From Phoronis australis (lineage: Eukaryota > Animalia > Phoronida): a stretch of 64,000 bases of DNA. The notes beneath the pieces are model-generated. The model searched no databases and was not told the DNA's origin. It was given only the letters and a program-made list of their open reading frames with translations. The DNA is taken from NCBI GenBank assembly GCA_002633005.1, contig NMRA01000595.1:173367-237366 (forward strand), given 5' to 3'. The translations under genes and the position numbers were made by a program. Every line of letters starts with the position of its first letter. Position 1 is the first letter of the stretch. Shown one piece after another: positions 49,530-60,959 of this stretch.

Positions 49530-52500
49530 CTACCGTAAAAAAGAATTGAAGCACTGATCAATCTGCCATCAACTTGGCTAACAACAACATTGTGGGCGAG
49601 TAGAACAACCTGTCAAAGTGATGACTGTTGGAATATTCTTTCTTGCTAATTCCATGACTTATGCTGTATATTTGGGGATAACAATCAATTCCATCACGGT
49701 GTGGCTGGGTTTCAGACATCGTTTGTGTCTTACACGTATGTAGGTAGCGAGCAAAATAATAGTACGGTTTAAGATCACCTTTATAGTCACCATGGCATAG
49801 AAATATACGAAACATTTCCAGCTGGTCTTCAACTTATCTTTATCGCAAATGTTATTCGCTGGAAGCGACCTGACACAGTAGCCACGTCAAAACGAAACTG
49901 AATTAAGCCATGAGTGAATCCAAACGGGTGAAACTAGACTGGCATTCCGCCAATCGGTTATTTCGTGACACTTGTTGTTGACTATAATTTTCTTAAAACA
50001 ATATTCTTTCACCGTAACACAGTCATCAAGAATTTTGACTCAGTGGAACAATCGCAAATGGATTATCATTTGCTCAATTTCCTAGATATGGCCGNAATAC
50101 TATAGAAGGCACGCTTACATGCTTAGTAATTCAGTGGTTCTGGACAATTCACTGAATACAATGTATGTATGCGTGTGTGAACAAACGTTTATCACTCAGT
50201 TAAGTTCAAAACAATATAGTGGTATAAACTGGTTTGGAAATTTCCTCATCGAGGCGACAGGAAGTGCCCAAGTCAAGCTTTTTTTGTTTCTAGTCCAACG
50301 CCGGTAAATGGTTTTCAACTTCAAATAAGGAGACGCCAACAACAAACATCGAAACCACAAAGTACAAGAGGAATAGAACAAGTTAAGTAGTCAAAAAGTG
50401 TCAAAGAACATCCAAAGTATTACCGCTTCCTGTACGTCCATACTCGCTGCCAAAATGCAACGAACTGGATTCGGCTTACTGTAAGGGTTTTTCCAAAGTG
50501 CTTTTGATAGGTTTTCAAATTAGGTCATTACATGTATGTTTCCATTTCTATCCGCTAGGGGATTCACGTCAGTGTCGACCGTGAAGGGACCAGGCAAAAA
50601 GAATACTCGGAACGTTGAGGTAAGACTGTTATCCAGGGGTACTGGTGTAAGGGACATGACTGATGTGTGTAATTTGCATACCCTTGTCCGGACTGCTCCG
50701 CAGCGAAACCCCGAAAGCCAACTTGTAGGATTCGCGTTTATTACCGAATTCTCTAAATGGATGGTTTTCAATTTTGCAGTTGAACTTCAAGAGAGGGCGT
50801 CATATTTTAACGAGTTTTGTGGTAAACAATAATCCAAAATGGTTGTTACAGCGTGACTGAGAAATTAGACGTATTGATTCGAATAAATTTTTAGTTTTTT
50901 AAAATTTACAACGAAAAGTATACTTTCATGGGAAAACAGTTTCTAGTTTACGAAAGGCTACTATTTCGATCCCATTTATCATGCTAACATCCTAACATGG
51001 AATATTTTTATTGTGGTGACCATGAGTGCCGGGGTAACCATAATTCCCAAGGCGCCGTATTCAGCCCCGGTCGTCGCTGAGCCGCCAACCGGGGGCCTCC
51101 GTGATCATAGGATCTATTTTACACGAGGAGTTAGATGAAATAATACTGAACTACATGTATCTTTGAGTAAGAGTCTTCCACGATACCGAAAAATACACAG
51201 GAAGAATGGTGTGAGAAGAAAATGTCTAGTGCTGACCTGTAGTCAATTAGACCATGTTGGGCGTCCCAATGGCGGAGATAATGAGTACTTATTTTTATTG
51301 TGTTTTGCAGCGAGGGTATTCATTTGCACGGATAAATCCGAACATATTTAAAACGGATGTAGGCCTAAGTCTGCGCTCCGGCCAGGAAGCGAACTTTTAA
51401 TTGAGACTACTTACCGCAATAAAGCATCTTTCAAATTGTTCTTCCCTCGGATGAAAAGTGATTTCTGAACTTGCAAAGAATTGTCAGTTCATTATTTGTT
51501 GAGACTTCGCTCCGCACATAACTTGACACATTGTGACATGGTTCATATGAATCAATAATAAATTGTAAGCTCTGTCGAGCCCTTGGCATCATATCCACGT
51601 TGATTAAGAAACAATGAAAGGCGTATTTCACAATGGTACTGTAAGTGCTCTAAATAAAAAAATGTTTGTTGCCAGGCAGACGAAATAGCTACCACATGCC
51701 GAAGAATCCCAACACAGAGATTCCGTGCCTTTCGGTATTGCCCCGACTCTTGTGGCAAATGGCAAATACACTACTATAAGCTAAATCGTTAAACTGAAAA
51801 CGTGCACTTACAAAAACTGACTGACTTTTGACTAACTGTTAACGTGAACGAAGCCTTACTAGTTTTTGAACGACCACTCGGGAGACCCTATCCCTGAAAA
51901 TTTTTAATACCTCGTGTCTCCAGAAGTGGCGCCATGGGCAATTATTCAACAAATTTTCCTATATGAATACATACATTGTGCATTCGCTGCCGGCCTCTGT
52001 CGTTTATGCCTATGAGCGTACATGTATGTAACAAAAATCTTAATGCTCTTCATTGATTGAGAAAGGGTGAGTTAAGACCACTGTCATTATAACTGGGATC
52101 AGTTTCAAAAAAGTTTTTCTGTCTTAACCTAGCCCGAATTTGATTTTAACTTAAACAAATTTTTGGTCTAAGTCTTAGTCGGTTATCATGAAACGTGTCC
52201 CTGGACTCATGCTCTTCCTTCCTTACATTCATGTTTAGAAGGACGTAGGCCTACAGTACAGTTCATTATTGCTTACAGGCCAATTGCACTGCTCCGACCG
52301 GATTTCCAAACGTGTTTTACTATAACCAATTTTAATTCAAACAAACGGTAGCAATTCAACAACATTGCCTTGGAAGAGTAATACACTTGAGAGTAAAATA
52401 TTTTGGACATGGTTTACAGTTGCATGCCTCCGTCTACCATTCGGTAGGTTACGTACACTGTTGGCCATCTTATTGAAGAACGTTAACTTAAAATCAATTA

Positions 52501-55135
52501 CGTACCAGAGAAACTAGGCTGTGTCAACCAGTAAAAATGCACATTTTCTGACCGAAGAAAGATTAGTGACTTCAAAAAGCACACATTATATTTACGCGAT
52601 ATTGTTATTCTATTTTGGTCAACCCTCAAAGTCAAATTTTCATTTCTAATAAAGGTACAATTATAGCACATGACACCTGATTAGGCTTAGCGCCAAGCAT
52701 GAAATCACTAAATTATAAACGAGTATCGACGAACTTACTAAAAAACAGAAAAAAGATAAACAGGAGATAAGTTGCCAACTTATCTCCTAGTAGGCTAAAC
52801 GCGTTGAATGTGGGGATCGCGTTTGTAAACCAATACGCCTTTTTAGCATACGAGTTTCAAAGTCAAGAAACGAACTACAACTAGGGCAACTAGGGACCAA
52901 CATGACTGTTTTTCTAAAATGGAAAAGTAAATTATACCCGTCTTTGAAATTTTAACACCGGTGACGATTTTAAGGAATTAGCGAGTAGGCTTTCTTCAGC
53001 ATCGTGGCTAGCGCACGTGCATTAATGTGTGAACCGGTTAGAACGGTTTAGTCACAGTCTGGCTTAGGCTGGCTTTGGAGTAAACCACAAATTTTAGCGT
53101 AGATTTTGTCTCATGACACGTTTCATTACCTTATGAGAAGTGTGTGCACTTGATATATAACATTACAAAAACATAGATTCAAAACGGTTTTGGGGGGAGC
53201 GGGATAATTTAGTAGAATTTGTAGATATTGTTAACAAATCACTAATTCTTTATTCACGACATTTGAATAACAAACTATTTGCACCACCGAGCCTTCTGTG
53301 GCCGACTGCCGTTAGTGTACAATTGCAATCGGTAGGTGGCGCGAATTAGATACGGAACAAGCCTTATCAGCGTTTATATCTGAGCAGTCGGGGAACATAA
53401 CACAAGACGCTTATCAGACGTATTTGCTGCGAGGACGTGATCACATTCACTGGATTTTAGTTAGGGCGCACACTGAGAACAAGTGAGCTCAATGAACGGC
53501 AGTGTATTTCGGACAATGACAAGACAGTGATTTGTGGTGAGCCACAAGTTCAACAGCGTTCTGTTACTTGTGTATTATAGACTCGTCGGGTTAAGCGGTC
53601 AACGTTTCAGCTATTTTTAGAAATGACAAGGTCTTCCACATTCACTAGGCACAAAGCGGAATTCCTGGATGAGGACTGGACATGATACGTCAACTGGAAT
53701 ATGATACTGTTGCGAATGAAGGTTGCATTTTAATGCACCGAACACCTTGTGGGGATTCGGTTTAGAAAGAAGCTCAATACAAGGCCAATGAGTAACAAGT
53801 AGGTCACAACAGTCGTATTGACTTTGAATATTTAGTGAATTGCTCGTTGTGGATTGGGTAGGCCTACTCCTATAAAAGAGGCCATGGTATGACATGTTCG
53901 GGTCATAATAATCAGTTGGGTGATTTTTCGCGACGCATTCCCTTAGATAATGCCTTTCCCGACAACTTTTTTTTTGTAGAGGTACGGCAGTGTTCCGTTT
54001 GAACTCCCTACGAAGAGTTTACGTTGACGGTTCTAGCAAAATTTCTCTGAACTTGAAATTACCCAAGATCGCACATGGAGTTAAGTTCTTTAGTGCAGTG
54101 CACTTCTTTATGAACCTGGACGTGATTATTTGCCGGAGTAAACTTGTCAAGTTTACTCAGATACATTGTTAGTTCAGACATTTGCAATCCTGAGATCAAG
54201 CTGAATGCCAAGTTCAAACACACAGGATTATACCTTTGTCTGTCCTGCAGGTCTGTGGCTTTTGTGGAAAACCCGGGTACCGTCCAAAAACGAGCTTTTG
54301 ATTTTTACCACTGGTACACTTAAACGGTATAAAATTGGTCTTGATACTGTTCATCGCTCAGTTGAGAACTGAATGATGATCATTCATTATTACATTAGAC
54401 CATGCTCAGTGCATAAAATGACACACCGACTAAGTCTTATCTCAAGGCAATAGGAGACTGTCAGTCCTTTTGAAGCCCTAGCATCACCTCAGTGATTACA
54501 CGAAAGGGTTACTTTTTCATAGGGTCTACCTGCTAATGAGTCGCTGTTCTAGTTAATCTTGCAATGAATGGGATTCCTCATGTGTTAGCGTCACCCTGGC
54601 CGAAAATGTCGGTGATTATTCCCAGCGCAATGAGTTGACATCAAATGGCATCATCGCGTATGGGTTTGCAATTTATTGTATGTGTTGAAGCACGCTTGCA
54701 ATACATGGTTGCATGCACCAGTGCGTTTGTAAGCATACAGCTAATGCCAATCAGAATGTCGCTAGTTTGTAGAAAGTTTAGTTCATTTCAAAAATAATCA
54801 TGATAAGTTTCCTATATGTATAAAAGGATGCCTTTTCATAAACAATTTCCCAACGAAAGGTTCTTATTTGCAACTATATACACAACTATGGAAAGGACGG
54901 GTTTATTAATTGTCAACATTTTAAAACTGTTATGGCACTGGTGCACATATTTTTAACAGCAAGATAATCTTCTGGGGACAGTTGCATAAGAAGTTATACG
55001 CCGTATAGCAACAGTGGCGTCACATTATCATGTGTCACGTTGTTATTGTTGAACAATGCTCCTGACGTCATGCAACTTATGCCAGTTTTGATGACCAAAA
55101 GCATGAAAATTTTGAGACATCCAGTTGAGAAAATA

Positions 55136-55217
55136 GATCAAGATTGAGTCGAATACTGGATTAAAAACTTATTAATTTTTGTAAGTTTTTAATCCAGTAT
55201 TCGGCTCATTCTTGATC
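55136..55217. repeat. Inverted repeat with ~36-bp arms
   Basis: gatcaagattgagtcgaatactggattaaaaactta / taagtttttaatccagtattcggctcattcttgatc. Confidence 0.85.
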
Positions 55218-57265
55218 AGTTTTGATGACCGTTTGGCCACGTTAGTATTTTCTTTTTTTGTAGATTCATTTGGGGGATGGCATATTTTGTGTACTATGTC
55301 GCCTGTTACCTCCGTTATGTGGCTATTAGGGACTCGGACACTTAAGTGCACGACTGGATCTCTATATTTTGATGCACACTATGATTCACGCTGGCACTGA
55401 CATTGTTGTTATAGTACCGAGTCTTAGCTTTGATCGTTTGCTTTCCAGTGTTGTTGGGTTAGAATCTGACTACTATAGGTACTGTATTAGTCGAGATCAA
55501 ACAAGACGTGAATACCACTCAATTTTTATGTGTTCGTTGGCCCTAGTTAAGCAGTCTCTGGAGCACCGATAAAGCGTGGTGCAGTCATATAATTGTCCCT
55601 TAAATGGGTCCTCTTTTCTAGTCTACATGGATGGATTTATGAACTAATTATCCAGCTGCGTCGCCGTCAAAAATACAATCGAGTACCCGCCCCGGATGGA
55701 ACCTCCGGACTACTTGTACGCATTAGCTATGTAGCGCATTTCCCATGTCAACACTGCTCGAGGCTGAATGCAAAAATGACAGTTCAGGGTCAGAATGGTT
55801 GAACTCAAATGCCTGGACGGGTTAAATGCCGAGTGCTGATGCAATCACCAGTTTTCTGGTACCCGCTGTACGGTGGATAACAACATATTGTAATCAGGTG
55901 ACTTTGCTAAATGGGTGGATATTATGTCTGGCAAATTAATTCAACGATTCTGCTTTGACTTGCATGCTATGCATTGCAGACGGAGCTCCGACGACCTAGT
56001 TATTTGTAAAAGCGTTTGGGAATTTCCAAGAGTTCAGAACAGTACATTAAGTACGTCACAAGTTCAGTCGTAATCACTATCGCGCCTGTAGTAAAGAATA
56101 GAAACATACGTGGGAGTGGTGCGTTGGTGTAAAGTAGGTATTTTGCTTATTGGCGGCAACTTGAATTATGTCATTGTTGTTTGATGTGATACGCTACTGT
56201 TGTGATTTGTTTTGCAAACGAAGTGGTTCTCTTGCCGCGTGATAAACCAGTACTGAAACCGGCACAGTGTAGGTAATGAGCTATGGAGCTTATGTAATGG
56301 TCTACAGTAGAAAGATTTTTCACTGCAGCGGTTATCTAACCGACAAGTTATCGAGCGGAAGTATATGAGTTGACGCGTCTAATTTTTGCCATGTGCGCGT
56401 ATTAAGCCCAATGCGTTTTCATCCAAAATTATTGACTCGTTCATGTGCCATTTGTGTATTTTGGTTGACCCATTTTGTGTACTTTTTCATAGTTTATCTT
56501 AGATTGAGTATACATGTACATCTGTATGTGTAGGTCTAGCTTGACTCATAAGGTATCTAAAAATATTCACACTTTGCTTTTAGTCAAATGTTTCGCATAC
56601 AGTCGGATAAGCAGACAAGTGGTCACAAGTATTTTGTTCTGTACGATGCAGCTGGGGTTATCTTGGTGGCACATTGGCTGCAGTGTAAGCTATATTTGAG
56701 TGCACAGTTCACATTCTTACAGGGTCTTGTGGTTTTTGTTGAAAAGTTAATGTAAAAACTGAATGCACGCCAAAATCAAAAGTTTTTGTAACGTTTGGTT
56801 TCACTGCTATTTTTAAATAGCTTGTTTTAAAAACTGTTGTTTATTTTAGAGTGCTTCGCATGCGTCGGATACAAATGCATGTCAGATCCTGATGCATGGG
56901 CCAAAATACGTACATGTAAATATGCTGTGTTACAAGTTGCGTGCACTTGCTGTGTACAATCCTTTCTACCCAGTCTTTGAGTGAGTAAAATCGTCTCGTG
57001 GGTTATCGCACGTTCGTGCGTTTTGTTTATTGTAGATGTCCTGCTGCACCTAGGGTGTCAGCGGTCGTTTCCGTACGTAGCTGGTGATATTTTTTTGGAT
57101 AACGTGAAATGTTGTCGCGGTCGACACTCCTCAACCGCGCTTATCGCAACAACTTTTTACCCACCCGAAGAACTCGATTCACAAATTAATACCCGTTTTA
57201 TTCCAGATCGACAATGAGCTGGAGATGACACTTCGTTACGTCACGGCTACCGTACACTGACCGTG

Positions 57266-57493
57266 ATGTTTGCAGAATTGGACGACGGGTTCCCCTCGCT
57301 TTCCCTAGAAGACGAGGACGAACCAGTGCGTGTGAAGGAGTTTAAAAAACAATTTAGGTTTAAGAACGAGCATCCTATCTTCGTCGGTCGACGGCAAGAG
57401 AGGGAGACTTTGAAACAACGACTTAAGTTGGCGTCCAGCGTTGTCTCCATCTGCGGCCCTCCTTTAGTTGGAAAGTCGAGACTTGCTAAACAG
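57266..57493 (+). CDS. NB-ARC/STAND NTPase, exon with Walker A
   Basis: FVGRRQERETL pre-P-loop motif and VVSICGPPLVGKS (GxxxxGKS). Donor CAG|gtttgt, phase 0. In-frame TGA at 57215 upstream of ATG 57266. An alternative acceptor exists at ~57275. Confidence 0.82.
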
Positions 57494-57655
57494 GTTTGTT
57501 CTGTTTAATGGAAAGTAAAAATGGTTTTAGTAGTCTCAGGTCCTTTTTGCTTATCTCTGCGTGAATTAGGTGCGCAAGGCTGACGGACGAGGCGTGTTGG
57601 ATCCAGTAAAACTTCCCGTTTTAAAATAATTCATCATTTTTTGGCCAAATACGAT

Positions 57656-57901
57656 TAGAAAACGGATAATTGCCGCACAAATAAAGAAGTTCATGTTAAC
57701 TCAACGTTTCGTCTTATTCAGCAAGACATCATCACGATATGTACAGTATCTCTCACTCTCATTTCACCACATGGGTGTGACTTTGAAAGAATATATCGAC
57801 ACTTGTCCTACAGTACATATCCTGATGATGTCTTGTTGAATAAGACGAAACGTTGAGTTAACATGAACGTCTTTATTTTTGCGGCAATTGTCCATTTTCT
57901 A
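57656..57901. repeat. Long inverted repeat (~90-bp arms) with hammerhead-like core, possibly Penelope-derived
   Basis: Arms ~57656-57745 and ~57812-57901. The right arm has CTGATGAT-GTCTTG ttgaa TAAGAC-GAAAC. Confidence 0.7.
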
Positions 57902-58512
57902 AAATAATTAAAAAACTTAAGGGAGCTCCCGGCTTCCACGTAGTGGGTGAAGGCGAGAAAACAATGGGAGTAATTCAAAACCAAGATAAAGGGGATACTT
58001 AGGCAACCGAGAAGATGGTTACCCGGGACTCTTCAAGTGACTAGAATCCTTAGCCAAAATAATACTATTGAACTTGTGGATACGAGTTATCCATCGGGTA
58101 CTCGATCAGCAGAATTGGAGATTGTACCAATTTGGTTCAACGGAACCTACAGTTCATATATTATTTGATTGAGATCAGGTTGTACAAGCTGGCTTGCCTC
58201 TGGATGTCGCTTTAGGTTCCAGCATGGTCTCGTAGAATAATGGACTTCTGTTCTTTGCAAACCCCGACGGAAATCACTTCTCACCTTTGTAAGGAATGCG
58301 TGGAGGTCAGTATAGCGGTTAGACTTCGAAATCTGAAATTCGCTTTGACGCCGGGATCGTGGATTTGTAACGGTTTATTTAAAGATTTCCATGTTTAAGC
58401 ATAGGTTTAAGGAAATGTACTTTTGGAGAAATTTCAAGTTTTCACCTACTTCCTGTTGGTGTTAATCATTCAATGGACTTTTATTTAACATTTCCGCCTC
58501 CCGTTCAGTAAT

Positions 58513-58618
58513 GCTAGGACCTCGCTAAAACGCAAGACTTCGCGAGATTACGTGAGATACTGCCGTGCATTTTAAATGAGAGCACGTGACTTTGACTAGG
58601 TTTTAGCTAGGTCCTAGC
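58513..58618. repeat. Short inverted-repeat element
   Basis: gctaggacctcgctaaaac ... gttttagctaggtcctagc (19 bp, one mismatch). Confidence 0.55.
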
Positions 58619-59837
58619 GTAGGTACTAGCGTCATGCAGGCAGGAAGTTCCGGCTTTAGTGATACCCGTCGAGCTCTCCACGCTCTTTGTCTCGCATCTA
58701 TGCTCTATTAGCATTGGTCGTCTGCTCAACTAATTTGACGAGTCTGCCCTAGGTCTAACCGATTGCAATAAAATGCTTTTTTTCGCATGTGAGATTGCAG
58801 TTCATGCTCGAGCTACTGACTCCAGCAAAAACCATGTAAACCATAATCACGCTTGTCTTGGGTTTGCGTAAAAGTAGAACAGAAAATGGCTAAAATAATT
58901 TGTAATTTAATTTAGATTGCACTAATTAGACTGCGGATCCACGTTCTCTATTTGTCGAGCAAGGATGAGGTCAATCCGCGTATTTAAACCATCTGATTAT
59001 AAAAAATCATGCTTGTACAACCTTGAGAGGCGTCATAGTCCTGATGATCAACACGGATGTGATCATTGTGCCCTTTGCTCACTATGTCCCTCGAGCTGAA
59101 CGTTTTGTTATGGTTTACAGTAGAGATAAGAGTATGTTTTCGTGTTTCATATGGGTTATGCAAAAAGTATCGACGTCATCTTGGAAATCATTGAGTAGCA
59201 TTTCGAATCTAATAAAGGTTATCCGAAATGAGACGGCATGCAATTCAATGAGTATTATCTCGGAAAATTGCAGAAAATAAGGTAACTAAGAGACTATTTG
59301 AAATGCTGAATTACGCTTGCAAATCATGTCGTAGCTTGGTATGGGAATATTAACAAAATGGCCTCGTTTTCGAGTTATTCTCGAGACTGATAATGGAGAG
59401 GATTTATTCGAGGCAAGCCACGCTTTGCATATTTGATTGGGGCTTCCATGTCAAAACGTTCATAGCTGTGGATTCCCACTGTGTCTCGCCATGCGGCGGT
59501 AACTGTCTAGTCCTCCAACTTCAAACTGAAACTCAGTAGTTGCGTAGAACGCTGACCCTGTGTGAAATGATGTTTTTTAAGATATGGCGCTGTTTATGGA
59601 TTAAATGAATTGACACTGCATCGATTCTAGCGCTAAACAACAAAATCTCCGCAGAGTAAATTCTCTTCGACGTTTTACTAAACTTAGATTGACATCGGAA
59701 AACTGTTTTATTGCGTTTTATTCCACTCAGACGCGGAGAACAGTGAATCTTGAAAGCATTACGGCGAGATTCTTGATACAAGGGTGCCTTTAAATTTTCT
59801 AAATGTGCAAAAAGTGATAATTCCGTATCCTCCACAG

Positions 59838-60959
59838 ATATTTCTGGAACTGCTTCAGGAGAGTCTAGACCTGAATGTCTCGCTTCGGACGTTTTATATG
59901 AACTTGGAGGACGACAATCAAGCACTTTCCGAGTACGCGTCGAAATCGTCGATTCTCCTGCAACGAATTATACGGAGCACATCAACAGGGTTGTCGGAAT
60001 ATGGCGGGAGAGAGTGTACTGTTGATGACGTAATTGTGCACATCAACCAAATGTGCAAACCAAATGGAGTTAAGACGTACTGCCTACTCCTCGTCGATAA
60101 CTGCGACGGTCTTTTGGAGAGCACCGAAAGTCGAAAGGAGTTTGTGAACGTGTGTGTGTTGCTTGCCAAAAACTGCAAATATGTAAGGATCGTGACGACG
60201 TCACGGTTTCGGATAAATTTGGCGCGGAGACTTGGCGAAAAGCACTACTGTAAGCCTGTATCTACACTCTGTGTCGAGTCTGCTGTGGATCTTCTGAGAG
60301 CCGTTGCGCCTAACGTCGACTTCGGAGTGTCGTATGCAGAGGAACTTGTCACGCACTGCTGTTCTCTCCCTAGTGTCGTCCGCTTAGTGGGTCAGATGCT
60401 TGAGGAACGCAAGCAGCTGTTCACTCCCGCCGAGGCTTGCGACCTGTTTAAAAGCAAATCGCTCTTAGAGTTCCTTGATGCACAGGTTTTCGTCGATGAC
60501 GAGGACATGCACGAAAAGATCGTGACGTCGTTCAAAATCGTTTCTGAACACCTCCAGGAATTCTGGGCGGCGCTGAGTTTTGTGTCCGGGAACTTTTCCG
60601 CCAATGTTGCCCGCGCGATTTTGAATAGTGAATCTATTGCTGAAGTTAAAGAAGGAGCGTTAATACCTCTTGTGGATCGCAGTCTTCTGGAATATTCCGA
60701 AGACACTAAGACTTTCTTCATGTATCCTTTCTTGCGAACAATCGCTTCGGAAGTGATGACTGAGATTGCCAACAGTGACCCTGTCAGGGAAGGGTTCGTT
60801 CATTACTTTGGCAAATGCCTTCTGGAGATCAACAAACAATGTTTAACACGGAGCTACACCGCGGTCTCGTCTGAGCATGCGCACGAAATGGACAACGTGC
60901 GCCAACTGTTAACCGAAGCTGTGAACTGCACGGAGGCTGTCTATCCCATTTACTACAAG
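59838..60959 (+). CDS. NB-ARC/STAND NTPase, large exon (Walker B through winged helix); gene likely continues downstream
   Basis: Acceptor ccacag, donor AAG|gtaatt, phase 0-0, 374 codons. Motifs: LLLVDNCD (Walker B), IVTTSR (sensor 1), LCVESAVDLL (RNBS-C), CCSLPSVVRLVG (GLPL-like), LSFVSGNF, LVDRSLLE, FFMYPFLR (MHD-like). Confidence 0.9.

Noticed and set aside
51408-51480. Minus-strand GTAAGT donor as an upstream exon of the ankyrin gene
   Set aside because: No in-frame start or clear acceptor. It could be a UTR exon but cannot be supported.
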